Shown piece after piece: positions 40,642 through 51,856 of a stretch of DNA of 64,000 bases (the stretch's first letter is position 1; every line of letters begins with the position of its first letter). Origin of the DNA: a virus (taxonomy: Duplodnaviria; Caudoviricetes); the IMG/VR virus record IMGVR_UViG_3300032092_000001; one strand, 5' to 3'. The notes under the pieces were generated by a model that saw only the letters and a list, made by a program, of their open reading frames with translations, did no database searches and had not been told where the DNA came from. The translations under genes were made by a program, and so were the position numbers.

Positions 40642-43600
40642 TTAATGAAAAAGGTTATAATTCTTTCTTACAATACTTCTAAGGTACTCAACATCGTCAG
40701 GATATGTCGCTAAAAACTTATCATAAACATCACTATCTTTGACAAATTTATCATACGGGAAATACTTAATGTATGCTTCAACAAATTTATTAGCTAAACT
40801 CTGAGCATCTCCAAAATTATCTCCAATAACTTGTAAGAACGAATTTACGTATTTTGAATCAGAAAACTTTATTGAGTCTTCTAAATTTTTAAAAATAGCA
40901 ATTGGTACCTGTTCGTTTTTCTTATTTACCACACACAAATATCCGTTAAATAAGTAATCCTTTAGGTTACCTCCAAACTTAGTCGGAACGTCTAAACTAA
41001 CCTCCGCATAGTTAAACCATATTCCTTTGAACGAATTTCCGTTCCAAGAACCAATTGCAAATAAGTTGTAAATAATTTCTTGTTTTAATTTTGAAATGTT
41101 TAACTGTGTCATTCCACTTATTATTTCCTCTTTCGTACTAACAGTTTCGTTAGGATTTATCAATGGGAATTTAGAGTAAGCTGTTGGTGTTGGTTTACAA
41201 GTTTGTATGGATGATACAGGTTTGTTACCGGCAACATTAACCGCAGTTGATGCGTTATTTGTTATAGTATTTGTGTTTGGTAACGTTTGTAATGATTGTT
41301 CCTGACTTGTCTGAGATTTTATATTACTAATAATTTGTTTGTTAATTGATTGTAAAACATTATCAATTGTTGGGAATGTCGTAGTTTTAACTCTTACCCC
41401 TGAAAAAGTTGTCTTAAATGAATCAGGTGTCACCACATGGCTAACTTCTTGTATTTGGTAGGTACCTGCAAATAATGGTACCCCTCTTAATGCAAAAAAC
41501 ATAGTAGGTTGTATCATAGCATTACCCATACAACTTATAGTTGACGAATAACTTCTTTGTTTATATAAATTATATAAACTAACACTTTGGGTTGTTGTTG
41601 ATGTTCCATTCGCCAAATTTGCCATGTCATATTCAGCCTTTAATGACTCAGATGTTGGTTGTCCGATATCTTGACCCACCTGTATACCTTCAAATACACT
41701 TTGATTTTGTAAACCAAAATCAATTGCAAATCCACAGACTTTATTTGATAACGCCTTTTCAGTTTCTGTTTTCTTACCGTCATCAACCAATAAAGTATTA
41801 TTACCAGGTCTATCTAAATAAATTCCGTCGTCATTATATCCATAATTTGTGTCTTGAACGTCTAAATGTGTTGACGGTTCGTCCGAATACTGAAACAGAT
41901 ATTTGGTTCTTGAGTCTTGGTAATCAACTGTAGTGTAAGTCCCAAATAATGAATTGGCGAACTCATCAGGGTTATATGGTCTAGGTGTTGTACCAACTCT
42001 TTGTATATTATAAAAGTTAATATACGAAGGCATCATAAATGGTACGAAGTTAGCATTTCGCGCAATACTTTCAATTATTGTATATAGATTAGCTTCAGGT
42101 GAAGCATTTTTTAAATAATCTTTTATACCAAAAACATCTACATATATATCATTACCAACATCTCTATTCGCTCTGTCTAAAAATAAAAAGTCTTCAAACA
42201 ATAATTTATCATTATAATCATTACCAGCAACCCATTTATCATTTAACGCTTTAAACATGTCATAGTATTCAAATTTACTTTGCATACCTTCTGTAACATC
42301 TCGTTTTGATTTGTAGTTACCACCCTCACTATATGAAGGTAATTCTTTTTTCAATTTTAAATCTATTTTTTGAATTAGGTTATTTGCTAATATATCTTTA
42401 GATTCAAGATTGTTTGATATTATTGTTCTAAAAGATGTTGGTGTTTCTCCTTTATATTTTTGAGTCGCATAAATTTTAATTATACCACTAAATCTCTTAA
42501 TATTTTCTTCAGTAAATCCTATATTAAAATCAGGGAAAAAATCAGTTATATATGAACCACTATCACTATATTTAAACCCGTTAATATTTGAAAATCCTAC
42601 ATACAGTTCTAAAGCTTCCCAAGCTTTATTTTCATTTTCTTGTGATGTTTCTAATGTTATAGTATTTGCTGAAGTCGGAACAGAATTATTAATATAAGTT
42701 TCAATATTATCGTTTGAATATTTTAAAGGTGTGTTTGAAAAAATTGAGAAGTCCTTGTAACTAAAGTTCTCGGTATTCCCCTTTTTAATTATTAAATCAT
42801 AATTAATATTTGACGATATTGTGTTGACAAAGTTTTTAAGTTGGTCCGTTTGGATTTGAGCAATTTGTTTACCTGAGTCGGTTAAAGTGTCAGCATTAAA
42901 ATTTAAATCAACTGACAATGCATTAATCATTATCTTTTGGAAAGTTATCTCATCGGTAGTTTTTTTAGACGATTGACTAAATACATTAAAATATCCTTCA
43001 AAAATATCCAATTCCTCTTTGGTAAATACTGTAAAAATTTCTTCAATTGAACTGTAACTATCCGTTCCTCCGCTAGCCAATAAGTCAAATGGGTTTTGAT
43101 AGACCTCATCATCTTTAACTTTCTTCAAATACTCATTTGGTTGGTTAATCTTATATGATTTGGTATCAAAATATCCATAGTTTGGTGCACCCCATAATAA
43201 CCTAACAGACCCATTAAAAATTGCAGGGTTGTTAACAAAATCAAATTGAGACCTAACTGTAGATGGGGTTCCAGGAATTAAACTTTCATTAACTATTTGA
43301 GACACAACAGTTCCATAAGATGGGACAGGTGTGTAATATTTTTTAAGTGGAGTACTTTTAATCTCATTTTCAATTAAAATGGACCATCCTTTAAAATCAA
43401 CTATCCCCTCATTAACCGAGTCATTAGCAACCAAATTTGAAGAATTAGTGTTTTTAAATATAAGTTTACCAAACGAAACTTTTGTATTTATATTGTCTTC
43501 AATTGTTGAGTTATCTTGATAGATGTTTGAACCGTTGATAAAATAATTAAAGTCGTTGATTAGTTTCGGATAGAATCCTACATTTTGAGTCACTGCGGTC

Positions 43601-46600
43601 GTCGCATTTAATTGATTAGTTTGTATCCTTTGTAATGTAAATGTGTATGCACTACCATAGTAAACACCATCAATTTCATATTGTTTTGTTGGGTCGGAGT
43701 TAATTGGGTCGTAATTAAGGTTAGCATTGAAATCAGTAAAAACTGATGACATATAGTCGGTCTTATTATTTTCAATCCAATATTTGTATCGGCTCCAAAT
43801 TGAACCAATTTTAATTATCCATAATTTAGGTAAAGTATGAACCGCCCCAAATTTTCTAAATGTGGACGCGATGTAATCTAAATCAATACCTGTGGTACCA
43901 TCATCATTTCTATATTTCTCTCTTAATGTTGATAATGGTAAACTATTAATGAATAGATATGATGCCTTTTTATAAGCGTAACTTAACTCTTGTCTTTCAT
44001 TTTCAACCCCTTCTTGTAATGCATTTATGAAATATGGAGTATTGAGAATTGACGTAGTTTGTTTTGATTTGAATAAACTTCTAAGATTAGTTACTTGTCC
44101 TTCAGTAAAAACTTCATAAGTTTTTCTATTATCATAAAAAGTTTCTAAATTTGTTACATTAGTAATATCAATTAAATTCCTAAATGATTTAAAGTTGGTA
44201 AATGGTCGGTTTGATTTTTTATCACCGAATGAACCAACAACTGTAGGGTTAACATAGTTGGCAATTTTTTTAATATTTTTGTTATAAGCCAATGATTTAT
44301 TGGTGTTAAACACTTTGTCGGCGTCAAAATTTTCTTTACCATTTGACAAATTAACTTTGTTCCAATCAGGAATTACAAAAGGATAGGTTACTGTTGGAAG
44401 TATCAAATTATTTTTCTTTGACTCAATATATTTTTGAATTACTGACTCTTCAGGTATCTCTGTTGAGACAATAGGTAAGTCTTTATCATAAATGTCAAAA
44501 GTATTATTTATCTCGGACGCCAAATATTCTGTCACAATATTACCATAAATGTAATTTAAATATTTTGGATTTGACTCCCCAAATTTAGATTTAAGTAGGT
44601 CTTCTAAAATTGTAATCGTGTTTATTTGATTATTTTTAAAGAAATTAGGTATCTCAATAGAATTGGAAATAACTCCCTCTAAAAAGTTTTTAGCTTCGGA
44701 TGCGGATAAATAATTTAAAAGATTTTCATCGTTAGTATCAATAAAATTATTATATTGACTAATCAATCTTAATCTTTCAGCATACTCCATTATAAAGTTA
44801 GTCAATATAACATTACTATATGGATTATTATTTGAAGGGGTTTCAAATCCGCTTATTAATATTCGGGTAACTAAATCTAAATTGGTTTTTTTCTGTAGGA
44901 TAACCGGTGGAAAACTTCTCTGTATAAATCCTTTAACAAACTCCTCAACAAACTCAATTTCAGGCCAAACTTTATAATTATTACCATTAGATTGTTTAAT
45001 GTATTTAGGGTCACCAGGGTATTGTTGCTCAACTTTTTTATTACCTTTCTTATCAACATATTCAACCGCAAACTGAGGCCATGGGTAAACTGGGAAACTT
45101 TGTCCTTTAATATCTAATGGAACTCCTTGTTTTTTTTGTGAATTATCTCTTTCTTTAAATGCATTTTCATGTACCTCATTCATTAATCTCAAAAACCCTT
45201 CACAAGAGGCCATAATTACCGCAATAATATTACGGATTGTCGGACTGAATCCAATACCATTTGAGGACTTTAATATATCAGTCAATTTTTCAGAAACATC
45301 ATCTTGGATTTCTTCTTCTCTCTCGGATAATTTTGTTTCAAGATTTGATATCTTTTCATTAAATTCCTTAGGGCCTTCCCAAGAAAAAAATAAAGGAGGA
45401 GTGGGTGTTGATTGATTTGATGTTTGCGAACCTACAACATTGTTAGCAATACCATTTAAAGTTACTTTCGGTATATTATCTTCTTCCTCATTACCACTTG
45501 GGAACAAATTTTTAATCTCATTGATAATTGTTTCTAATTGGTCCTGAGTAGGTTTGACCCCCCCATTTCGTTTTTCAAAAGTCAATTGAGCATAATCAAT
45601 GAAGGTTTGAGGATTAACATCCAGTTTGGAAATACTTAAAACATTCACATCGTTAATAATTGCGTATTTACCAATACTAAAAGTCTTTATCTCAGATAAT
45701 TTTAAAGAATACTTTGTAAAAATTGCAACTAACTCCGCATAGGCAGTAATCTTTTCTTCATCTTTGACAGTATTTTTAAATGTGTAAACGGGTATTTCTT
45801 CATTGTATTGAGCTCCGTTTGCAGATTCAATAACATAATAATAAGGATTAGTTAAATCCAAATATTTGTTAACCCAAGACTGAGGGGTCACCGCAGTTAA
45901 AACATCTTTTCTAAAGCTGTCAATAACATCCTTATAAGTAGGAATGTCATTTAATATACTCATTGAAATTGAACCAAAGCTTTTTAACTTGGTTGCAACA
46001 AAATTATCTAAAGTGGTTATTAATTGGTTAATTGTTAATTCTGGAAAATCAGAGCTTATCAACCCTTTAGACTTATACTCTTTATATACCTGAACTATTT
46101 TCTCATATCCTTTTTGACTGAATTTACTAGTTGTTGTCTTAAATGGGTTTGGTAAATTTGTAGTTTGCCCTCCTGAGTTTTCTGTAGTTCTTTCAACATA
46201 CATTTGAGGCAACGCCAATATTTCTCCCATGTTAATATCATTAAGTACCCCGAATTGGAACCCTGTAAAATTTAAAGTGATTTCAAAATTGCTTGTACTT
46301 GAATTAAAACTACTTGCAAATTTTGTTAGTAACAAAGGGTATCTAACTGCCTTTCCATAATAACCTTTAAGAGTTAGGTAAAACGTTGGGTAGGGTAGAT
46401 TAAAAAATACTGAGTAAATACTTTCGTTACCCGCCTCAAATAAGGCTCTTCCCTTACTATCCTCTAAACTGACAGTAACTACAGGGACTTGTGAATTACT
46501 TACCTTAAAATTAATTGCAGTTATACCTAATAATTCTCCATTTACAACATTAATATCATTAACATCCAATTGTGATTTAGTCCAATTTGTAGTTAAATAA

Positions 46601-46845
46601 TCTTGATTATTTGGTTTTAAAAAATTAATTGATGAAGAACCTATTTGTCTAATATTTGTAGAGTCCGAACCACTAATTAATCTACTTCTTGGTTGTAGGT
46701 CACACTCTAAGTTAGCATACATTATTAACTCTTCGTGAGCAACATTCCTATCTTCAACCTTACCATCAACACCAAAAACTTTATTAGGATTAATGATAAA
46801 AATATTATTGTAATCTGATTCAATATATATGTTTTTATCTGCCAT
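40642..46845 (-). CDS. Very large baseplate hub-like protein (T4 gp27 / P2 GpD-like termini)
   Basis: LLGITAI...VTVSLEDSKG near the N-terminus; MGNAMIQP...GTYQIQEVSHVVTPDSFKTTFSGVR near the C-terminus; follows the LysM-like gene. Confidence 0.55.
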   Translation of the reverse strand: MADKNIYIESDYNNIFIINPNKVFGVDGKVEDRNVAHEELIMYANLECDLQPRSRLISGSDSTNIRQIGSSSINFLKPNNQDYLTTNWTKSQLDVNDINVVNGELLGITAINFKVSNSQVPVVTVSLEDSKGRALFEAGNESIYSVFFNLPYPTFYLTLKGYYGKAVRYPLLLTKFASSFNSSTSNFEITLNFTGFQFGVLNDINMGEILALPQMYVERTTENSGGQTTNLPNPFKTTTSKFSQKGYEKIVQVYKEYKSKGLISSDFPELTINQLITTLDNFVATKLKSFGSISMSILNDIPTYKDVIDSFRKDVLTAVTPQSWVNKYLDLTNPYYYVIESANGAQYNEEIPVYTFKNTVKDEEKITAYAELVAIFTKYSLKLSEIKTFSIGKYAIINDVNVLSISKLDVNPQTFIDYAQLTFEKRNGGVKPTQDQLETIINEIKNLFPSGNEEEDNIPKVTLNGIANNVVGSQTSNQSTPTPPLFFSWEGPKEFNEKISNLETKLSEREEEIQDDVSEKLTDILKSSNGIGFSPTIRNIIAVIMASCEGFLRLMNEVHENAFKERDNSQKKQGVPLDIKGQSFPVYPWPQFAVEYVDKKGNKKVEQQYPGDPKYIKQSNGNNYKVWPEIEFVEEFVKGFIQRSFPPVILQKKTNLDLVTRILISGFETPSNNNPYSNVILTNFIMEYAERLRLISQYNNFIDTNDENLLNYLSASEAKNFLEGVISNSIEIPNFFKNNQINTITILEDLLKSKFGESNPKYLNYIYGNIVTEYLASEINNTFDIYDKDLPIVSTEIPEESVIQKYIESKKNNLILPTVTYPFVIPDWNKVNLSNGKENFDADKVFNTNKSLAYNKNIKKIANYVNPTVVGSFGDKKSNRPFTNFKSFRNLIDITNVTNLETFYDNRKTYEVFTEGQVTNLRSLFKSKQTTSILNTPYFINALQEGVENERQELSYAYKKASYLFINSLPLSTLREKYRNDDGTTGIDLDYIASTFRKFGAVHTLPKLWIIKIGSIWSRYKYWIENNKTDYMSSVFTDFNANLNYDPINSDPTKQYEIDGVYYGSAYTFTLQRIQTNQLNATTAVTQNVGFYPKLINDFNYFINGSNIYQDNSTIEDNINTKVSFGKLIFKNTNSSNLVANDSVNEGIVDFKGWSILIENEIKSTPLKKYYTPVPSYGTVVSQIVNESLIPGTPSTVRSQFDFVNNPAIFNGSVRLLWGAPNYGYFDTKSYKINQPNEYLKKVKDDEVYQNPFDLLASGGTDSYSSIEEIFTVFTKEELDIFEGYFNVFSQSSKKTTDEITFQKIMINALSVDLNFNADTLTDSGKQIAQIQTDQLKNFVNTISSNINYDLIIKKGNTENFSYKDFSIFSNTPLKYSNDNIETYINNSVPTSANTITLETSQENENKAWEALELYVGFSNINGFKYSDSGSYITDFFPDFNIGFTEENIKRFSGIIKIYATQKYKGETPTSFRTIISNNLESKDILANNLIQKIDLKLKKELPSYSEGGNYKSKRDVTEGMQSKFEYYDMFKALNDKWVAGNDYNDKLLFEDFLFLDRANRDVGNDIYVDVFGIKDYLKNASPEANLYTIIESIARNANFVPFMMPSYINFYNIQRVGTTPRPYNPDEFANSLFGTYTTVDYQDSRTKYLFQYSDEPSTHLDVQDTNYGYNDDGIYLDRPGNNTLLVDDGKKTETEKALSNKVCGFAIDFGLQNQSVFEGIQVGQDIGQPTSESLKAEYDMANLANGTSTTTQSVSLYNLYKQRSYSSTISCMGNAMIQPTMFFALRGVPLFAGTYQIQEVSHVVTPDSFKTTFSGVRVKTTTFPTIDNVLQSINKQIISNIKSQTSQEQSLQTLPNTNTITNNASTAVNVAGNKPVSSIQTCKPTPTAYSKFPLINPNETVSTKEEIISGMTQLNISKLKQEIIYNLFAIGSWNGNSFKGIWFNYAEVSLDVPTKFGGNLKDYLFNGYLCVVNKKNEQVPIAIFKNLEDSIKFSDSKYVNSFLQVIGDNFGDAQSLANKFVEAYIKYFPYDKFVKDSDVYDKFLATYPDDVEYLRSIVRKNYNLFH

Positions 46846-47158
46846 AATAATAGTAGTGGGTATCCAACGCTGAATTATAATCTAATAATGAACTGTTTAA
46901 AGGAAATGGTATATTTAACACCGAATTATTTGGTATTGACAATTCCGAACCGCCGTATTGAGGATTCGCTTGTAAAATTAACCATCCAAAAAATGGTGTT
47001 TCGTAATAAAACTGAGATATTTTATCTAATCTAGAAACCCCTAATTTATAGATATACTTTTTATCCGTTGATTTGACAGGTAATTTAACATATGGGATAT
47101 ATGTTTGAATGTCTCCAGTAATCAATTTTTGATATCTATTCAAATATTCATTTGCCAT
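46835..47158 (-). CDS. LysM/tail X-like baseplate protein
   Basis: RLDKISQFYY...GWLILQANP...LNIP motif. Confidence 0.75.
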   Translation of the reverse strand: MANEYLNRYQKLITGDIQTYIPYVKLPVKSTDKKYIYKLGVSRLDKISQFYYETPFFGWLILQANPQYGGSELSIPNNSVLNIPFPLNSSLLDYNSALDTHYYYYGR

Positions 47159-47160
47159 TA

Positions 47161-50100
47161 TTATAAAAATTTCTTTTTGTCATTAAATTTATCATCACTT
47201 CCAGTATTCTCACTTGAGTATATTTTTTTAATTCTGTTTTTCTGCTCGTCGGTACCGTTTGATGTTGTAAAATTAACGGTCCTTTCTTTACCTTTAATTG
47301 ATTTCCCATCATTGTCTAATGGGTTATAATTCAGATATATATCATAACCAGGTCCAGATAAAATAGAATTAATCTTTTCCATTTCTTTTGTTTTTTCTTC
47401 TTGGAAAGCGTCTACAAGTTGCTTAATTACAGTATCAATACCATCTATTGATTGTTGGGTATTAATGTTTTTTATCAAGTCATCTCTAAATTTCTGTTTC
47501 TTTCCCTCATCCAATAAATCAGACGCAAATAAAGTGTAAATCAAATTAACATTATTGTTTGATTGTAACACATTACTATTAACAAATGGGGTAAAATAAA
47601 ATCCTGCAGAATCTTCAATATATTTATTATCACCTGAAGGATATAAATCATTGTCTGACAACAAAGTAGAAAAGTTATTTAAATTATCTGAAATCACCCC
47701 ATAATCACTTGTCATAGCTGTCAATGTTGTAGTACCTGATAAATCATATATCTTTGGGCTATTATTATTTAATATTTTACCATCAGTAGAACTTAATATA
47801 AAATCCATTTTTCTGAAGAACTGTATGTAATTCGCTTGTTTATTTGCAAAATCATTCATACTTGACGATAAGTCAGAAAATCCTCCCTTTGATTTGTTCT
47901 GAATTAAAGTATTAAAATTGGTAGTTAGTGCCAATCTATCTGAAATTGGTGAATTTATTTTTGTTAACTCCTCGTGAAATACGTCGTTACCCGCAGTTAC
48001 TATCCCCTGTAATAACAGAGAAAGAGCTCCGATATTACCCTCATAACTAGTTTTACCATATATTTTAGTAGGATATTTTGACACATTAAAATCATTCAAA
48101 TCACCTTCAAAATATTTTCTATATGTTGAGAATTGTTTAAATAACCCATATCCATACTGATTAACAGTTGATGTTATAAATTTATTTGTTTCGTCAAAAT
48201 ATTCTTTGGTTTGATTAACGACTTCATCAACAAATGTGGTGTAACTAATAGTCCCTGTCTGAGTACCTCCTGTATTAGGAGTTATAGTCAGTATTTTACC
48301 AATAGTGTCCCCTCCATCATTTTCAATAATGTTTGACACGTCATTAATTGTCGCAATTGGTTCGTTATTAAAAATTGCACTAACTAATTCATTATCAATT
48401 GCAGTAGTATCTTCAGTAACATCCGCTCTATCGTCATACATTTCAGTATTAGCATAGAAATTAAATGACAATGCGTTTTGTAATTTTTCAACCGGCTCTT
48501 TTAACCCATGACCCCCAATCATTTTAAAATTAATCTGAACTGACGCAATCATTGGTTGTACTCCAATTCCCTCAGGATTGATATCCAAATTTTCATAAGT
48601 AAATGTTACCCCATCAGGAATAATCTTAGTATTATAAAAATCACCAATTCTTAATATTAAAACCGGAGGTGTACCAAAATTAGTATTAAACGAATCATTC
48701 GCGATTAAATCATTACCTCTTTCAGTTGGTATTGTTCTTCCAGGTCTAACACATTGGTTTAAAAATGTAATCCTTGAGTTTAACCCTTCGGGAGTAATTG
48801 AGTGGAATGCAGGATGAAAATATTTTATTTTTTGTTTTATTGAGTCGTATAAAAATGGGGTATCCTGTTTTATCATTTCAAAGTAGTCCGACTCAACTAA
48901 TAATTCTCTTAATATTTTTTTACTAATATTTTTAGTTTTGTCTATTATATCAGTGTTTGGTTGTGTTGGTAACCCATTGTTTACATTTTGATTAGCTCTA
49001 TTCTGATTATTTTGATTTTCACCTTGAGCGGTTGGTTGACTTGGGGTCACTGTGATATTTTTAATTAGTGCCGAACTACATGCAAAGGAATCAATTGAAC
49101 TTGGGTCATATTGATTATTAGGACAATTATATGTTCCTCCGTTTCCTGACGAATTTTTTGGTATTATTGTAGTTGATGGTGAAGTCAATACATTAATTTT
49201 AATGTCTCCATTTTCAAATGACTTTTCACCAATTTCAGTAATGTCAGTAAAATATTTTGTAACTGATAACTCAATGTCACTCGCATTTATTGATGAAAGA
49301 CCAGGTTCAAGCTCAATACTAATTTTACCTTTTTTATCAGTAATAATTGAAGTAATTTGTTGTCTAATATCTTCAATGGTTACATTATTATATTCCACTA
49401 TTTGTGAACCGAATGTATCAAAATTATCTCCTTTAGTTGTTAGTAAAGTACTTAAAGCAAGACTAACCTCGGAAAAATTTTGTGAGTTATCAAACGGGGG
49501 TTCAGGATTAAAGAAAAATCTTATTCCGGCCCATCCATCAACCTGAATATTTTCAGAGTTATTAATTTCAGAAGGTCCACTTAATCCGTTGGCAACTCCT
49601 TGTATATCTTCTCTTGTCGCATTTGGATTTTCTAATATTGACTGATATGCCTGTTCTATTGTAGGTAGACTTAAAGAATTGAATTTTTTAGCAATTTCAT
49701 ATATGTCATATTTTTTTAATCCAGCAAAAAATGAATTAATTACTTGTTGGGTTGTGTAGTTATCCTCTTTATTTAATTCTTTATTAACAATTAAATTTAA
49801 TACTGATGGGTGGTCCACAATAACTTTAAATCCAATACTACCAGTTCTAGTTGTATTTTGATAAGTGTAAATTGGTTCGGGTCTACCCAAAAAATTGGTT
49901 GGGTTCCATCCGGCAGCAGATGAATCTGAAAAAGTTAAGTCGTATGGGGGGAACCACATGATTCTACCACCATTAGGACCTTTTTCACAAGCAGGTAAAT
50001 CGTCATATTCAGGAGAACCTTTCCACGCCAAGTTCTCAATTGACACCATGTATTTTTTTACCTTACCGTCTTTAACACTAGTTCCTCCATTTTTAAATGG

Positions 50101-51801
50101 AGTAATATTCAAGTTGTACGTACTATCAAGGACTGAATATGAAAATCTTCTAATATTACCATTAGTTTCACTTCCTGAAGTATTTGCAATCGTACCTTGT
50201 AGGTTTGAATAGGTAAAATATGGATTGTCTTTCGCAAACACTCTACCGTATTCTTTTCCAACTTCCTTACCTTTTTCATTAACATAAGTTCTAACTTTAG
50301 AACCTTTAGTTATTTCTTTATATCCATCCCAAAATACTTTAGAAACCTGATTAATAGCGTTACCAACGTGAGCCAATCTATCAACACCTCTATTTGGGGT
50401 TGCATCAATTAATCTCTGAGTAGCATCTAATATTGAGCCAGGTCTGAATTCGTAATCAGTTGATAATACTTGGTCGTAAGCTGACCTAAGTGAGTTTGAA
50501 GCATCGTTCTTACCAAACTTTTCACCACCAGGTCCGACCTTCTTAAACTCATCACTTTTCTTTCCTTTTTGAACCCAAACAAATCCTCCGTCAAAAACAG
50601 GACGTTCATCGTATGTTTTGGAAGCCATTCCAAATTGATACTGAACGTTCCCATCAAATAATGTCGCTAACTTATCGGGTCCATAAACTGTTGTAGTTGT
50701 AACTAAACCTTCCGCAGTTTTTGGTACATCATCAGCAGGTGAAGCAACTAACGCTCCTGCCAAATTCTCATTACCAACATAATAATTTAATTTACCACTA
50801 TAACCTGGTTTATATTTGTTATAATCTAAATTTGCAAATAAAGTGGATTTTTGTCCGCTACCTGTATTTGCTATAAATTTTTGTGAAGGAGAATTATTAT
50901 TAGATAAATTTCTTATTCCTTTTTGTAATAACTGTCCCGCTTTTGTTGACCTTCTTTGTGGTGTTTCAAAATACTCACCCTCAATAGGTGACTGTGGATA
51001 ATACGTTCCAGTAACTCTTTGAGTTAACGCAACTAAATTATCTAATAAACCGTCAGGTACGGTAATAGTCCAATTCTTATCTGTCAATGGAACTTGTCCT
51101 GTGACAAATAATGATAAATCAGGCTGATTTAATATGTTAACTCTACCTAATGTGTTTTTTCTAATTTCCTCAAAAACTCTCTCCTCAAAAGAAAATTTCA
51201 ATCTGTCCGCTCCGATTCTTTGGATATATGAATCATTACTGGTTGCTTCATTGTTAGATATTATATCTAAAATACTATAAGTACCTTGTACGAACTCAGG
51301 ATAAACACCATTAAATTTTACGTCTTTTTGAACGATGGTGTCAGTTACAATATACATATCTTCGTAACCTTCATTAGGTACGAAACGATTTATAACCTCA
51401 GAATTATCAATAAAAAATTCACTAACTAAATCCAGTTTGCTGTCCGAATAGTTATACTCAACTCTTGGTGGAAATGCCGGTGTTATTGATTCATTATCAG
51501 TAACGACATTAACAGGGTTTGCAAGTGTAACGTCTTGGATTAACTCAGCTCCGTCAATAAAATTACCATCATCCGCACCATATTTGTTAGGGATTGTTTT
51601 ATTTTTAGCAGGAAAAGTAATGTTAGTACTGATATTCTCACTATCACGTACTGTACCATCAACAGTTAATTCTGTTTCATAATTTATAGGTTCTTGGGCC
51701 GGTGTAAAATTACCTGAAACATTATAAGGTTTCAAATTTTTGACTAAAATAGAATTTCTAAATTGCTCGGAACCAATTAAACTAAGTTTGTTTTCGGACA
51801 T
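47161..51801 (-). CDS. Large tail tube initiator / baseplate protein (gp48/gp54-like segments with insertions)
   Basis: WNPTNFLGRPEPIYTYQNTTRTG and PPVLILRIGDFYNTKII motifs; directly after the tape measure gene. Confidence 0.55.
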   Translation of the reverse strand: MSENKLSLIGSEQFRNSILVKNLKPYNVSGNFTPAQEPINYETELTVDGTVRDSENISTNITFPAKNKTIPNKYGADDGNFIDGAELIQDVTLANPVNVVTDNESITPAFPPRVEYNYSDSKLDLVSEFFIDNSEVINRFVPNEGYEDMYIVTDTIVQKDVKFNGVYPEFVQGTYSILDIISNNEATSNDSYIQRIGADRLKFSFEERVFEEIRKNTLGRVNILNQPDLSLFVTGQVPLTDKNWTITVPDGLLDNLVALTQRVTGTYYPQSPIEGEYFETPQRRSTKAGQLLQKGIRNLSNNNSPSQKFIANTGSGQKSTLFANLDYNKYKPGYSGKLNYYVGNENLAGALVASPADDVPKTAEGLVTTTTVYGPDKLATLFDGNVQYQFGMASKTYDERPVFDGGFVWVQKGKKSDEFKKVGPGGEKFGKNDASNSLRSAYDQVLSTDYEFRPGSILDATQRLIDATPNRGVDRLAHVGNAINQVSKVFWDGYKEITKGSKVRTYVNEKGKEVGKEYGRVFAKDNPYFTYSNLQGTIANTSGSETNGNIRRFSYSVLDSTYNLNITPFKNGGTSVKDGKVKKYMVSIENLAWKGSPEYDDLPACEKGPNGGRIMWFPPYDLTFSDSSAAGWNPTNFLGRPEPIYTYQNTTRTGSIGFKVIVDHPSVLNLIVNKELNKEDNYTTQQVINSFFAGLKKYDIYEIAKKFNSLSLPTIEQAYQSILENPNATREDIQGVANGLSGPSEINNSENIQVDGWAGIRFFFNPEPPFDNSQNFSEVSLALSTLLTTKGDNFDTFGSQIVEYNNVTIEDIRQQITSIITDKKGKISIELEPGLSSINASDIELSVTKYFTDITEIGEKSFENGDIKINVLTSPSTTIIPKNSSGNGGTYNCPNNQYDPSSIDSFACSSALIKNITVTPSQPTAQGENQNNQNRANQNVNNGLPTQPNTDIIDKTKNISKKILRELLVESDYFEMIKQDTPFLYDSIKQKIKYFHPAFHSITPEGLNSRITFLNQCVRPGRTIPTERGNDLIANDSFNTNFGTPPVLILRIGDFYNTKIIPDGVTFTYENLDINPEGIGVQPMIASVQINFKMIGGHGLKEPVEKLQNALSFNFYANTEMYDDRADVTEDTTAIDNELVSAIFNNEPIATINDVSNIIENDGGDTIGKILTITPNTGGTQTGTISYTTFVDEVVNQTKEYFDETNKFITSTVNQYGYGLFKQFSTYRKYFEGDLNDFNVSKYPTKIYGKTSYEGNIGALSLLLQGIVTAGNDVFHEELTKINSPISDRLALTTNFNTLIQNKSKGGFSDLSSSMNDFANKQANYIQFFRKMDFILSSTDGKILNNNSPKIYDLSGTTTLTAMTSDYGVISDNLNNFSTLLSDNDLYPSGDNKYIEDSAGFYFTPFVNSNVLQSNNNVNLIYTLFASDLLDEGKKQKFRDDLIKNINTQQSIDGIDTVIKQLVDAFQEEKTKEMEKINSILSGPGYDIYLNYNPLDNDGKSIKGKERTVNFTTSNGTDEQKNRIKKIYSSENTGSDDKFNDKKKFL

Positions 51802-51816
51802 TACGTTAATTTCTAT

Positions 51817-51823
51817 ATAAATA
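51817..51823 (-). promoter_or_regulatory. TATTTAT element (putative late promoter)
   Basis: 15 nt before ATG at 51801. Confidence 0.55.
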
Positions 51824-51856
51824 GAATAAAATGTAATTTTTTAAAATTAAGGAAGG

